A DNA stretch of 64,000 nt from Mobula hypostoma (taxonomy: Eukaryota): positions 15,748,001-15,812,000 of the forward strand of contig NC_086097.1 in assembly GCF_963921235.1 (NCBI RefSeq), given 5' to 3'. The notes under the pieces are model-generated. The model was not told the DNA's origin, did not search any database, and saw only the letters and a program-made list of their open reading frames with translations. Of the stretch, positions 50,490-61,918 are shown piece by piece. Position 1 is the first letter of the stretch; the number at the start of each line of letters is the position of its first letter. A program made the translations under genes and the position numbers.

Positions 50490-51298
50490 ATTGTGAACTG
50501 AAGTCTTGAAGCTGCAGGACGGTTGTGGCATGGTGTGTACGGGCCAAATCGAGGCAGCAAGCCCAGGCCTGAGAGCGAGGAATGAGACGAAGTTTGGCCG
50601 CTGGAGTGGTCTTGGAGGCGATTCAAAGCAGCAGAACCGTGGTGAAGCAGATTCGAGGTGGCGGTCTGGTCCCAAGAGCGAGGAAGGACCCAAGGTTTGA
50701 TTGATGTAAGTGCCAGGCTGAATTGGAAAGGTCGGGTATAGGCCAAATAGAGGCCGCAGGGCCTGGGTGTGAGAGAAAAGAATGACCTGAGGTTTGATTG
50801 ATTTAAGCATCGGGCCAAATTGGACAGGTCGGCTATGGGCTGAATCGAGGCAGCAGGTCCCAGGCCCGAGAAACATTTTAAAACTGCCAGTCCTGGGTCT
50901 GAGAGCGAGGATCAATCCAAGGTTTGGCCAATTTAAACACCAGGCCAAATTGAACAGTTCAGAGTGTTGGGGCTGAAGGCGAGGGTCGGGTCAGCGTTCA
51001 GCTTGCTACTCCACAAGGTTTACTTGTCTCCGCACTGAACTATGGCTGTGGCCTGCAACGAATGGTCCACTGGTTGATTGCAGTGATGACTGACCTCGTG
51101 GCTGTGGCTCACTTGCATGAACTTCGGTCGCTTGCTTATTTTAATTGTTTGCATGGTTGGTTTTTTCCTGCACATTGGGTGTTTGATAGTTTTCTTTTTT
51201 TTAATTTTCATTGGGTTTGTTTGTTTTGTGGCTGCTTGTGAGAAGACAGATCTCAAGTTTGTATAATATATACATACGTTGATAATAAATGTAGACAA
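50490..51298 (+). mobile_element. Non-autonomous Rex-tailed element with internal repeats
   Basis: Repeated aaggtttgattgat(g/t)taag...ggc(t/c)(g/a)aattgga-aggtc blocks; 3' tail as in 1-500. Confidence 0.55.
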
Positions 51299-51595
51299 TA
51301 AAAAACACTGGACAACAAAGATTTTGCTTCCCGAATATATTTGGGTGTATCTTATGGATTTTGGGCTGCTGATCATGAAATCACCATGAACATCTCCACG
51401 CAGCCTCGGATCGCATGGGCAATACAAACACTTACGTCAGGATGCTGCTCTTGACTACAGTTCAGTGCTTAACACCATCATTCCTACAGTCCTGATCTAA
51501 AAGCTACAAAGCCCGGGCCTCTGCACCTCTATCCTGTGGGGAGGGGAGTGGATGGGGAGGAGGATCAGGAATGTGTGGGGGATAGTACAGTAAGT

Positions 51596-51910
51596 GTTGG
51601 CGCGTGTCCAAGTGGTTAAGGCGTTCGTCTAGTGGGTTGAAGTTCACCAGTTCGAGCCTTGGCTGAGGCAGCATGTTGTGTCCTTGAGCAAGGCACTTAA
51701 CCACACATTGCTCTGCGACATCACCGGTGCCAAGCTGTATGGGTCCTAATGCCCTTCCCTTGGACAACAACGGTGGCATGGAGAGGGGAGACTTGCAGCA
51801 TGGGCAACTGCTGGTCTTCCATACAACCTTGCCCAGACCTGCGCCCTGGAAACCTTTCGAGGTACAAATCCATGGTCTCACGAGACTAATGGATGCCTAT
51901 AAAAAAAAGA
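51596..51910 (+). mobile_element. tRNA-derived SINE
   Basis: A-box-like gtgtccaagtggttaagg, B-box agttcgagcc, A-rich tail; TSD agtacagta(a/g)gt at 51584-51595 and 51911-51922. Confidence 0.85.
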
Positions 51911-52870
51911 AGTACAGTAGGTACCTTTGAGAGAACAGTACTTTTCCAGTAAGGAATTAATGAGTTTAGGAAATAGGAACAGGCTGCAGATTTTGGTAGT
52001 GTGGTTATTGAGGAGATGAGGGGGTACCAGAGTGATTCTATGTAACAGAGAGATAGATGCTTTAGGGAGCCTACTGTCCCAACATGTGATCAGTAACGCC
52101 CTGAGAACACTGCTTGCTTCTCCTGATCGTATTGCATCACTATGGGTTCGAGTAACGGTTGTAGTTAAGCTTAAATATCCCACTCTTAAGAATGGAATTT
52201 GAAATCCCAGGCAGAGTGGAGCACAGCAGAGGAGGGTATTAAAGTTCTGCCACAATAGTGGTAGCCCGCCAGAGAATATTAAACTAACTTCTGGAATGAT
52301 AGGACCCGTGGTTATAGAGGCGATTTTCCCAATAAAATGGGTAGTGCTGTTTTTAATCCTATGAGCACAGCAATTCAATTGTTACAAGGTTTAGATTAGG
52401 TAGAAGGGGGTAGCCAGGTATGAAGGTTGGATAAACAGACAGGGAGTGGGGGGGTCCTGCATATCCCATAAATAAATTTTTTTAGCGTTGTTCAAAGCTG
52501 GTGTCCTGGAGGAGCATGTAAATGGGGTTCCCAACCAGACCCTTTATGCAACATAGAGGAAATACTGTCAGGAGAAGCGAGAGAGGTTATTGAGGGGGGA
52601 GGGTCATTCTTCAAGCCCTCTGTAAATAAGGGTTCCATTTGTCCCTTGCCAGATTCCTCACATTCCATTCAGGATTCCCTCTATCTGCACTGGAGGCTTT
52701 ACAAATGGCTGCACCTGACCTTCGCCAACAGTGGGAATCCAGGGGGTGGTTAGCACATTTGTGCCTCATTGTTGTAGGGAGGGGATCATTTGACCTGCAT
52801 CCCTCTTCCCTGTGAGTGTGAATGATTTGAATGCGAAGGAATGTGAGGTGTGGCCACAAGCCTCAGTTTG

Positions 52871-52874
<4 letters not shown>

Positions 52875-52908
<34 letters not shown>

Positions 52909-52924
52909 TGTGTGTGTGTGTGTG
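52875..52924 (+). repeat. (TG)n microsatellite
   Basis: Read directly from the sequence. Confidence 0.95.
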
Positions 52925-54871
52925 AGGGCTTTGCTTTTAAGAACCTGTAAGTGTGTTGGCCCCACCCAGTTGCTTGTTCCTTCTCAGTTGTTCTCTGATT
53001 AATGTGCTATTTCTTTGTGAGAAATTAACTGTCTGTTTTAAGTTTTTACAGTTCTACACGAAGTTTTAAAAGAAGGGGAGTACAGGCTGGGCTTTGTTTT
53101 CTGGTGTTCTAAGCTGTTACTTTGTTTCTTGTGTTTGTTTAGTTAGTTACTTTGTTTCTTATTTTCTTAGTCTGTTACATGTTTATTATGTTTTAACCTG
53201 TTATTTTGTTACCTGTTTCCCATGCAATTTGTTTTAGGGATGACATTTCACATTGGCCATATGAAATTTGAGTTTATGGAGTAGAAATTTGGGCAACTTT
53301 ATTCTGGATATGAGATACCCACATTGCAGAGGGAATTAAGCATTTGGGGAGCAATCCTAGAAGTTTTTATTTTTGTGTTTTTCTAAATACCCAGTGACTA
53401 ATCAGGAGTGAGTGTATTTGTATCTCCCTGCATAACATACTGGCAAGGTGGTGGATGCTGACTTGTGGTGGGAGATCCTGTGATATATTTCTGGGGATGG
53501 CATTTGCATTTGCAAACAGGACCAATGGGTCAGATTGCTGATTTGTATGAAGACTCCTTACTACATCACGGAATGGATGTCACTGATATTTGACAAGGAA
53601 AAAAAACTGCTGGGGTAATTATCTGGATTCTCGGGTTTTGGGATTTCAGCTAAGCTTAACCCAGAGTATGGTAGCAGCCTTAAGGGATTTGAGCCTTACT
53701 GTAATAACCCTGGTGGAGGAAGTACTTTAAGGGCTGGTATTTCCCTACATACCATGTGTATAACTGGAAAGTCCTGACACTTAAAGTGAATTCCCCACCT
53801 GACAGAGTGTGGGTGTAGTTTTATATGTCGAGTGCAGATACCAGATGCAAGGTGGATGGCAAGTGGGAGCAGGAACGGTACCCTGGGACAGCTGTGTCTG
53901 TGCCATATGCTGTTGTGAAGCTGGGCTCGTGTTGAATGCTGAATGGCACTTACTGGATATGCAGTTCCTAAGTCTCCCCGTGGTTCCCACAGGGTGGTGC
54001 GGTTGATTCGTGGTGTCGTATGTATACCACACCAGTGCCCCGGATGAGCACTTTGCCCATGCTGGTCAGAAAGAGGACTGTTACAAAGGAAGGAAGATTT
54101 TGAATGATAGCCTTTCTTAGCATGGCATGGCCAGACGGTCCTGGAAACTGATTTCAATCACCTTAGACGACCCGCCCACAAAGGATGCTGGCATTTCCTA
54201 CATTCCTGACGGGTTGAAGAACATCACTCATCTGGTTGATCATATCTCAGAGTCAGTGTATAAGATTAAGTGAGGGGATGAGCTCATTCGCTATTACACT
54301 TCAGGGGGTGGCCCTTTGAGGCTCAGGGAGGCTCATGGATGACTGTAGTGTACTGGCAGTGACTGGGTATTGTACTTTTGTGTTTTATATGCAACTTATT
54401 TGGGAGTTCACGAGAGTCATACTAGTCTGAAGCTTGAACCATCACATTTGCAGTTTTCAAGGAATGGCGTGTACTGTGAGGGGCATGGCTTATTCTGATT
54501 TTGAAAGTCACTTCCATCATGATTGGTTAGTTTAGAAACTGTGGCTTCTTTTCCCATTGGTTAGCTGCCTGGTATCCAGTTTCAAATATCCTGGGTGTAT
54601 GGAGAGCACGTGTGGAAGGTTCTTTCTCTCTTCCTTTGTTTCAGGCAAGCGGTACACATGACCATTGGGGAGGTATGCTCTGTGCACATGTTTAACTAAG
54701 TATGTGTGTTGAATGTATGAATGTTTGTTGAAAATTCAGTTTTGTAGTGTATGTAACTTGAGGAACATGAATGTTCAGTCAATTTTTTTACTGTTTGTAA
54801 ATAAATGATTAATATACTTATTTGTAGTCAGTCTTTTCTGTCTCACTTGCCAGACCTGATTCAACACTACA
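52925..54871 (+). mobile_element. Gypsy-like relic with 3' LTR 54344-54871
   Basis: Perfect 8-bp inverted termini TGTAGTGT...ACACTACA; AATAAA near 54799; KVDGKWEQERY resembles an integrase C-terminal motif. Confidence 0.7.
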
Positions 54872-55176
54872 ACCTCCCCCTGCAACTGGATCTTCAACTT
54901 TCGAACCAGAAAACCACAATCTGTATAGATTGCTAATAACATCTCCACCTCAATGACAATCAACACTAGCACACCTCAGGGATATGAACTGAGCCCACTG
55001 CTCTACTCTTTCTATACCTATAATTGTGTGGCTAGGCATAGCTCATATGCCATCTATAAATTTGCTAAAGATACAACCATCTCAGATGGTGACGAGAGGA
55101 TGTACAGGAGCGAGATATACCAACTAGGTGAGTGCTGTTGTAGCAACCTCCTTGCACTCAACATCAGCAAGACCAA

Positions 55177-57828
55177 CATAAGAACATTGGAAATAGGAGC
55201 AGGAGTAGGCCATCTGGCCCATCGAGCCTGCCCTGCCATTCAATAAGATCATGGCTGATCTGTCCGTAAACTCAGCTCCATCTACCTGCCTTTTCCCCAT
55301 AACCCTTAATTCCCTTACTATGTAAAAAACTATCTAACTGTATCTTAAATATATTTAATGAAGAAGCCTCAACTGCCTCCCTGGGCAGAGAATTCCACAG
55401 ATTCACCACTCTCTGGGAAAAACAGTTCCTCCTCATCTCCATTCTAAATCTTCTCCCCTAAATCTTGAAGCAATGTCCCTTAGCTCTAGTCACACCTACC
55501 AATAGAAACAACTTTCCTACTTCTATCTTATCTATCCCTTTCAAAATTTTGCATGTTTCTATAAGATCCCCTCTCATTCTTCTGAATGCCAGAGAATATA
55601 GTCCTAGGCGACTTAATCTCTCCCATAGGTTAAACCCTTCATCCCTAGAATCAACCTGGTGAACCTCCTCTGCACTGCCTCCAAAGCCAGTATATCCTTC
55701 CTCAAGTATGGAGACCAGAACTGCACACAGTACTCCAGGAGCGGCCTCACCAGTACCCTGTACAGTTGCAGCATGACCCCTCTGCTCTTGAATTCAATCC
55801 CTCTAGCAATGAAGGCCAACATTCCGTTTGCCTTCTTAAAAACCTGTTGTACCTGCAAGCCAACTTTTTGCAATTCATGAACAAGCACTCCCAAGTCCCT
55901 CTGCATAACAGCATGCTGCAATCTTTCACCATTTAAATAATAATCTGCTCTTCTATTATTCCTTCCAAAGTGGATGATCTTGCATTGTATTCCATCTGCC
56001 AGACCTTGGCCCACTCACTTAACTTATCTATATCCCTCTGCAGACTCTCCACATCCTCTGTACAATTTGCTTTTCCACAAAGTTTAGTGTCATCAGCAAA
56101 TTTTCTACGCTACACTCAGTCCCCTCTTCCATATCATCAATGTAAATGGTAAACAGCTGTGGGCCCAGCACCGACCCCTGCGGCACCCCACTCACCACTG
56201 ACTGCCAACCGGAGAAACACCCATTTATACCAACTCTCTGCCTTCTATCGGTTAACCAGTCCACTATCCATGCCAATACACTTCCTCCGACTCCATGCAT
56301 CCGTATCTTATTTATAAGTCTCTTGTGAGGCACCTTATCGAACGACTTCTGGAAATCCAAGTATACAACACCCACCTGTTCCCCTCCATCCACTGCACTC
56401 ATTATGTCCGCAAAGAACTCCAGTAAGTTTGTCAAACAGGACCTGCCCTTTCTGAATCCATGCTGCATCTGTCCAATGGAACCACTCCTTTCTAAATGTT
56501 TCACTATTTCTTCCTTAAAGATAGTTTCAAGCATTTTCCCGACTACAGATGCTAAACTAATTGGCCTATAGTTGCCCGTCTTTTGCCCACATCCTTTTTT
56601 AAAAAGTGGCGTGACATTTGTTGTCTTCCAGTCCGCCAGGACCTGCCCAGAGTCTAGAGAGTTTTGATAAATGATTACCAATGCGTCTACTATAACCTCC
56701 ACCAATTCCCTCAACACCCTGGGATGCATCCCATCAGGACCAGGGGACTTATCTACCTTCAGGGCCTCTAGTTTGCTCATCACTATCTCTTTACTGACAG
56801 TGATTTTTTTTTGGCATGTGCCTGCGTGCGTGTGAGTCTGTGCGTGCACATATGCATGTGTGTGTGCACATCTGCGTGCATGTGAGTCTGTGTGTGCACA
56901 TCTGCGTGTGTGTGCGTGCGTCTGTGATGGTCTTTTTCATGGCCCTTTTACAAAGCGCGGAGCGAGAGAGAGAGAGACTGCATGGCGCGCCACTCCTCAC
57001 ACAGCCATTTTGCAGTATGTTTCCCTTTATTTTACAATGTCGAGTTGCGATCTTGACACTCAATCCGGCACGGATGGAAAGCATACTTGGGAGTGGACCT
57101 GACTGGTTTAGAACCTGGGAACCTCCACTCCCGGGTACGACACTGATGTCATTGCGCCACCAGCTGGCCCTAGCGACAGTAATTTTACCGAGGTCCTCAC
57201 TTCCCATTTCATCCATAACATCCTTCTTTGGCATATTAGACAGGCTTCCACCATGAAGACCGACACAAAATAGTCGTTCAATGCCTCAGCCATTTCTTTA
57301 TCACCCAATATCAATTTCCCCTTCTAGTCTTCCAAAGGACCTATGTTGACTTTAGCCACCCTCTTCCACTTTATATATTTATAAAAACTTTTGCTAATTT
57401 TGTATTAATATTTTTATATTTTGTGCTAATTTACTTCCATACTCTATCTTCCTTTTCCTTATATGTGGTTTAGTTGTTCTCTGTTGCTTTTTAAAGTTTT
57501 CCCAATCCTCCAGTCTCCCAATACTCTTTGCGACTTTGTACACATGAGCTTTTCATTTTAATACTGTATTTTATTTCCTTAGTCACCCAAGGCTGGCTCA
57601 CCCCACACTTACTGTCCTTACTTTTGACTGGAATATACTTTTGTTGAGCACTGTGAAAAATCTCTTTGAGAGTATTCCACTGTTCCTCAACTGTCCTACC
57701 AAATAGCCTGTGCTCCCAATCCACATTAGCCAACTCTTCTCTCATCCCGTTGTATCCTTGTTCAAGCATAACACACTAGTTTTAGATTTAACTATTTCAT
57801 CCTCCATCTGAATGCGAAATTCAATCAT
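55177..57828 (-). mobile_element. CR1 LINE ORF2 (young) with a nested SINE
   Basis: 273-aa [16 protein letters not shown]...[14 protein letters not shown]...[14 protein letters not shown] accaa at 55172-55176 and 57829-57833. Confidence 0.95.
56808..57170 (-). mobile_element. tRNA-derived SINE with CA-rich 3' region and poly(A)
   Basis: Minus strand A-box tggcgcaatg, B-box-like ggttctaaacc, poly(A) end; TSD tactgacagtgatttt / tagcgacagtaatttt (13/16). Confidence 0.75.
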
Positions 57829-58483
57829 ACCAAAGAGCTGATTGTGGACTTCAGGAAGGGTAAGACTAGGAAAGACAAACCAATCCTCATAGAGGGATCA
57901 GAGGTGGAGAGAGTGAGCAATTTCAAGTTCCTGGGTGTCAGAGTCCCTGAGGACCTAACCTGGTCCCAACATTTTGATCCAGCTATAAAGAAGGCAAGAC
58001 AGCGCCTATATTTCATTGGGAGTTTGAGGAGATTTGGCTTGTCACCTAAAACACACGAAAGCCTCTACAGATGTACCTTGGAGAGCATTCTAACTGGCTG
58101 CCTCACTGTCTGGTATGGGGGTGGGGGGAGCTACCGCACAAGACCAAAGTAAGCTGCAGAAATTGTAAAATTAGTCAGTTTCATCTTGGTTACTAGCTTC
58201 CATAGTATCCAAGATATCTTCAAGGAGTGGTGCCTCAGAAAGGCAGCATCCATCATTAAGGACCCCCATCACCCAGGACATACCCTCTTCTCATTATTAT
58301 CATCAGAAAGGAGGTATATAAGCCTGAAGACACACACTCAGCAATTCAGGAACAGCTTTTTCCCCTCTGCTGTCTGGTTTCTGAATGGACATTGAATCCA
58401 TGAACACTGCCTCACTACTTTTTTATTTCTGTTTTTGCACTGCTTATTTTAATTTAACTATTGACTATAGATATATATATATA

Positions 58484-58766
58484 TAGGCTCATGAGACCAT
58501 GGATTTGCGCCTTGGAAGGTTTCCAGGCCGCAGGCCTAGGCAAGGTTGTATGGAAGACTGGCAGTTGCCCATGCTGCAAGTCTCCCCTCTCCACGCCACC
58601 GATGTTGTCCAAGGGAAGGGCATTAGGACCCATACAGCTTGGCACTGGTGTCGTCGCAGAGCAATGTGTGGTTAAGTGCCTTGCTCAAGGACACACGCAC
58701 TGCCTCAGCCAAGACGAACTAGCGACCTTCAAATCACCAGACGAATGCCTTAACCACTTGGCCACA
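58484..58766 (-). mobile_element. tRNA-derived SINE (same family as 51596-51910)
   Basis: Reverse complement aligns closely to 51600-51890. Confidence 0.85.
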
Positions 58767-60120
58767 CACTTACTGTAATTCAGGGTTTTCTTCTATATTT
58801 ATCATATATTGCAACGTGCTGCTGCCACAAAGCTAACAAGTTTCACAATATACGCTGGTGATATTAAACCTGGTTCTGGTTCTGAAATTTCACCTTTTTT
58901 TTTGGAATTGCTTATACTTGTTATTGCAATTCCTAATTCAAGTCAGTTAAAATGCTGCCCACAATGTAAGCTGAAAAGTTTTCTATCTCGTCCAGACATG
59001 CTTTGGGTTGCCAGCATGACCCACAACAATGGTGCGTTTTTATTGATTCTTCAGTGTTAAGTCTGAAAGCTGTGCCGCCACACAACGGCTGTGCCCACCC
59101 TTCAGTACCAATTGGCTGTGCAGTACACGTGAAAGAAAACTATGGAAGTTTAGAGGTGTTGTTGAAACACATACAGTACAGCAATTACAACCGGAATATC
59201 TGTGGTGATCTGAAAGTAGTCGCACTGCTACCAGGAGTGCTGCTCCGATACACCAAGTACTGTTGTTTCATTTGCAAATGGGACAGCCATGCTAAAAAAT
59301 CTCATTACATTAAAAAGGATTGGCCACTCCATAAGCAGTTGGTTCCAGGGCAGAAAAGTATGGCACATAAGCCACTTGTACACTCAAAAGAGATATTTTT
59401 GCCTCCTCTTCATATAAAACTGGGGCTTATGAAAAAATTTGTGAAAGAGCACTGAACAAGGAAAGTAAAGAATTTCGGTATCTGAGACTAATATTTCCCA
59501 GAATAAGTAATGCCAAGATTAAGGAAGGAATTTTTATTGGTCCACGAATCAAACAGGTAAACAATGACAGGCAATTTGAAGAAATTCTAGCAAGACCTTC
59601 TCATGGAAGGCCTTTAATAAAATTGTAGAAAATTGTCTTGGGAACTACAGAGCACCAAATTACATGCAGATGGTTGACAACATGCTTCAAGCATACAAAA
59701 CCATAAATTGCAACATGTCACTAAAGATTCATTTTCTGCATTCCCATTTCGACTTCTTCCCTGCAAATCTTGGCGCTGTCACACGCATGATGAAGGTCTT
59801 CACCAGGACATTGTGGTCATGGAGAAATGGTATCAGGGCAACTGGAATCCATCAATGCTGGCTGATTATTGTTGGGCACTTCAGCGAGAAGCCTCAGACA
59901 TTGAATACAAACAAAAATCAACAACAAAACATTTCAGCTTAGTTTAATTATTGCAAAGCATCTGCACCGTTATACAATTAAACACATCATATTCAATAAA
60001 AGTTAATTTCTTATTTCTTGAAATTGCCACATGATACAAGTAGCCTGAAATATATATGCAACATACATCAAAGTTGCTGGTGAACGCAGCAGGCCAAGCA
60101 GCATCTATAGGAAGAGGCGC

Positions 60121-60156
60121 AGTCGACGTTTCAGGCCGAGACCCTTCGTCAGGACT
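60121..60156 (-). ncRNA. Minimal type-I hammerhead ribozyme, mirror copy in the inverted arm
   Basis: Exact reverse complement of 61883-61918. Confidence 0.8.
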
Positions 60157-61882
60157 AACTGAAGGAAGAGTGAGTAAGGGATTTGAAAGCTGGAGGGGGA
60201 GGGGGAGATGCAAAATGATAGGAGAAGACAGGAGGGGGAGGGATGGAGCCGAGAGCTGGACAGGTGATTGGCAAAAGGGATACGAGAGGATCATGGGACA
60301 GGAGGTCCAGGAAGAAAGACGGGGGGTGGGTGGGGTGACCCAGAGGATGGGCAAGAGGTATATTCAGAGGACAGAGGGAGAAAAAGGAGAGTGAGAGAAA
60401 GAATGTGTGCATAAAAATGAGTAACAGATGGGGTACGAGGGGGAGGTGGGGCCTTAGCGGAAGTTAGAGAAGTCGATGTTCATGCCATCAGGTTGGAGGC
60501 TACCCAGACGGAATATAAGGTGTTGTTCCTCCAACCTGAGTGTGGCTTCATCTTTACAGTAGAGGAGGCCATGGATAGACATGTCAGAATGGGAATGGGA
60601 TGTGGAATTAAAATGTGTGGCCACTGGGAGATCCTGCTTTCTCTGGCGGACAGAGCGTAGATGTTCAGCAAAGCGGTCTCCCAGTCTGCGTCGGGTCTCA
60701 CCAATATATAAAAGGCCACATCGGGAGCACCGGACGCAGTATATCACCCCAGTCGACTCACAGGTGAAGTGATGCCTCACCTGGAAGGACTGTTTGGGGC
60801 CCTGAATGGTGGTAAGGGAGGAAGTGTAAGGGCATGTGTAGCACTTGTTCCGCTTACACGGATAAGTGCCAGGAGGGAGATCAGTGGGGAGGGATGGGGG
60901 GGACGAATGGACAAGGGAGTTGTGTAGGGAGCGATCCCTGCGGAATGCAGAGAGAGGGGGGGAGGGAAAGATGTGCTTAGTGGTGGGATCCCGTTGGAGG
61001 TGCCGGGTCCAACATATTATTCTCCGTAACTTCCGCCACCTCCAACGGGATTCCACCACTAAGCACATCTTTCCCTCCCCCCCTCTCTCTGCATTCCGCA
61101 GGGATCGCTCCCTACACAACTCCCTTGTCCATTCGTCCCCCCCATCCCTCCCCACTGATCTCCCTCCTGGCACTTATCCGTGTAAGCGGAACAAGTGCTA
61201 CACATGCCCTTACACTTCCTCCCTTACCACCATTCAGGGCCCCAAACAGTCCTTCCAGGTGAGGCATCACTTCACCTGTGAGTCGACTGGGGTGATATAC
61301 TGCGTCCGGTGCTCCCGATGTGGCCTTTTATATATTGGTGAGACCCGACGCAGACTGGGAGACCGCTTTGCTGAACATCTACGCTCTGTCCGCCAGAGAA
61401 AGCAGGATCTCCCAGTGGCCACACATTTTAATTCCACATCTCATTCCCATTCTGACATGTCTATCCACGGCCTCCTCTACTGTAAAGATGAAGCCACACT
61501 CAGGTTGGAGGAACAACACCTTATATTCCGTCTGGGTAGCCTCCAACCTGATGGCATGAACATCGACTTCTCTAACTTCCGCTAAGGCCCCACCTCCCCC
61601 TCGTACCCCATCTGTTACTCATTTTTATGCACACATTCTTTCTCTCACTCTCCTTTTTCTCCCTCTGTCCCTCTGAATATACCTCTTGCCCATCCTCTGG
61701 GTCACCCCACCCCCCCCCGTCTTTCTTCCTGGACCTCCTGTCCCATGATCCTCTCGTATCCCTTTTGCCAATCACCTGTCCAGCTCTCGGCTCCATCCCT
61801 CCCCCTCCTGTCTTCTCCTATCATTTTGCATCTCCCCCTCCCCCTCCAGCTTTCAAATCCCTTACTCACTCTTCCTTCAGTT

Positions 61883-61918
61883 AGTCCTGACGAAGGGTCT
61901 CGGCCTGAAACGTCGACT
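61883..61918 (+). ncRNA. Minimal type-I hammerhead ribozyme (Penelope pLTR)
   Basis: AGUC-CUGACGA-AGG GUCUCGG CCU-GAAAC-GUC-GACU: full catalytic core, stem I AGUC/GACU, predicted cleavage 3' of 61914. Confidence 0.8.

Larger units (their letters stand above)
51400..58884 (+). mobile_element. Rex1/Babar LINE in four pieces (51400-51529, 54872-55176, 57829-58480, 58767-58884)
   Basis: Reading continues across the inserts: NTYVRMLLLDYSSVLNTIIP...GLCTS | LCNWI...TPQGYELSPLLYS...LNISKT | KELIVDFRK...FRNSFFPSAVWFLN. TSDs acctc and accaa. Confidence 0.85.

Noticed and set aside
51596..51680. tRNA gene
   Set aside because: It is a SINE head: followed by a repeat body, A-tail and TSD, with a second copy at 58484-58766.
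56791..57256. His/Cys/Thr-rich ORFs
   Set aside because: Low-complexity translation of a CA/TG tract within a SINE.
60454..61585. Twin 239-aa ORFs on opposite strands as a novel gene pair
   Set aside because: They result from the palindrome. The N-terminal ~45 aa is antisense read-through of the other arm, and only the GIY-YIG part is real Penelope coding sequence.
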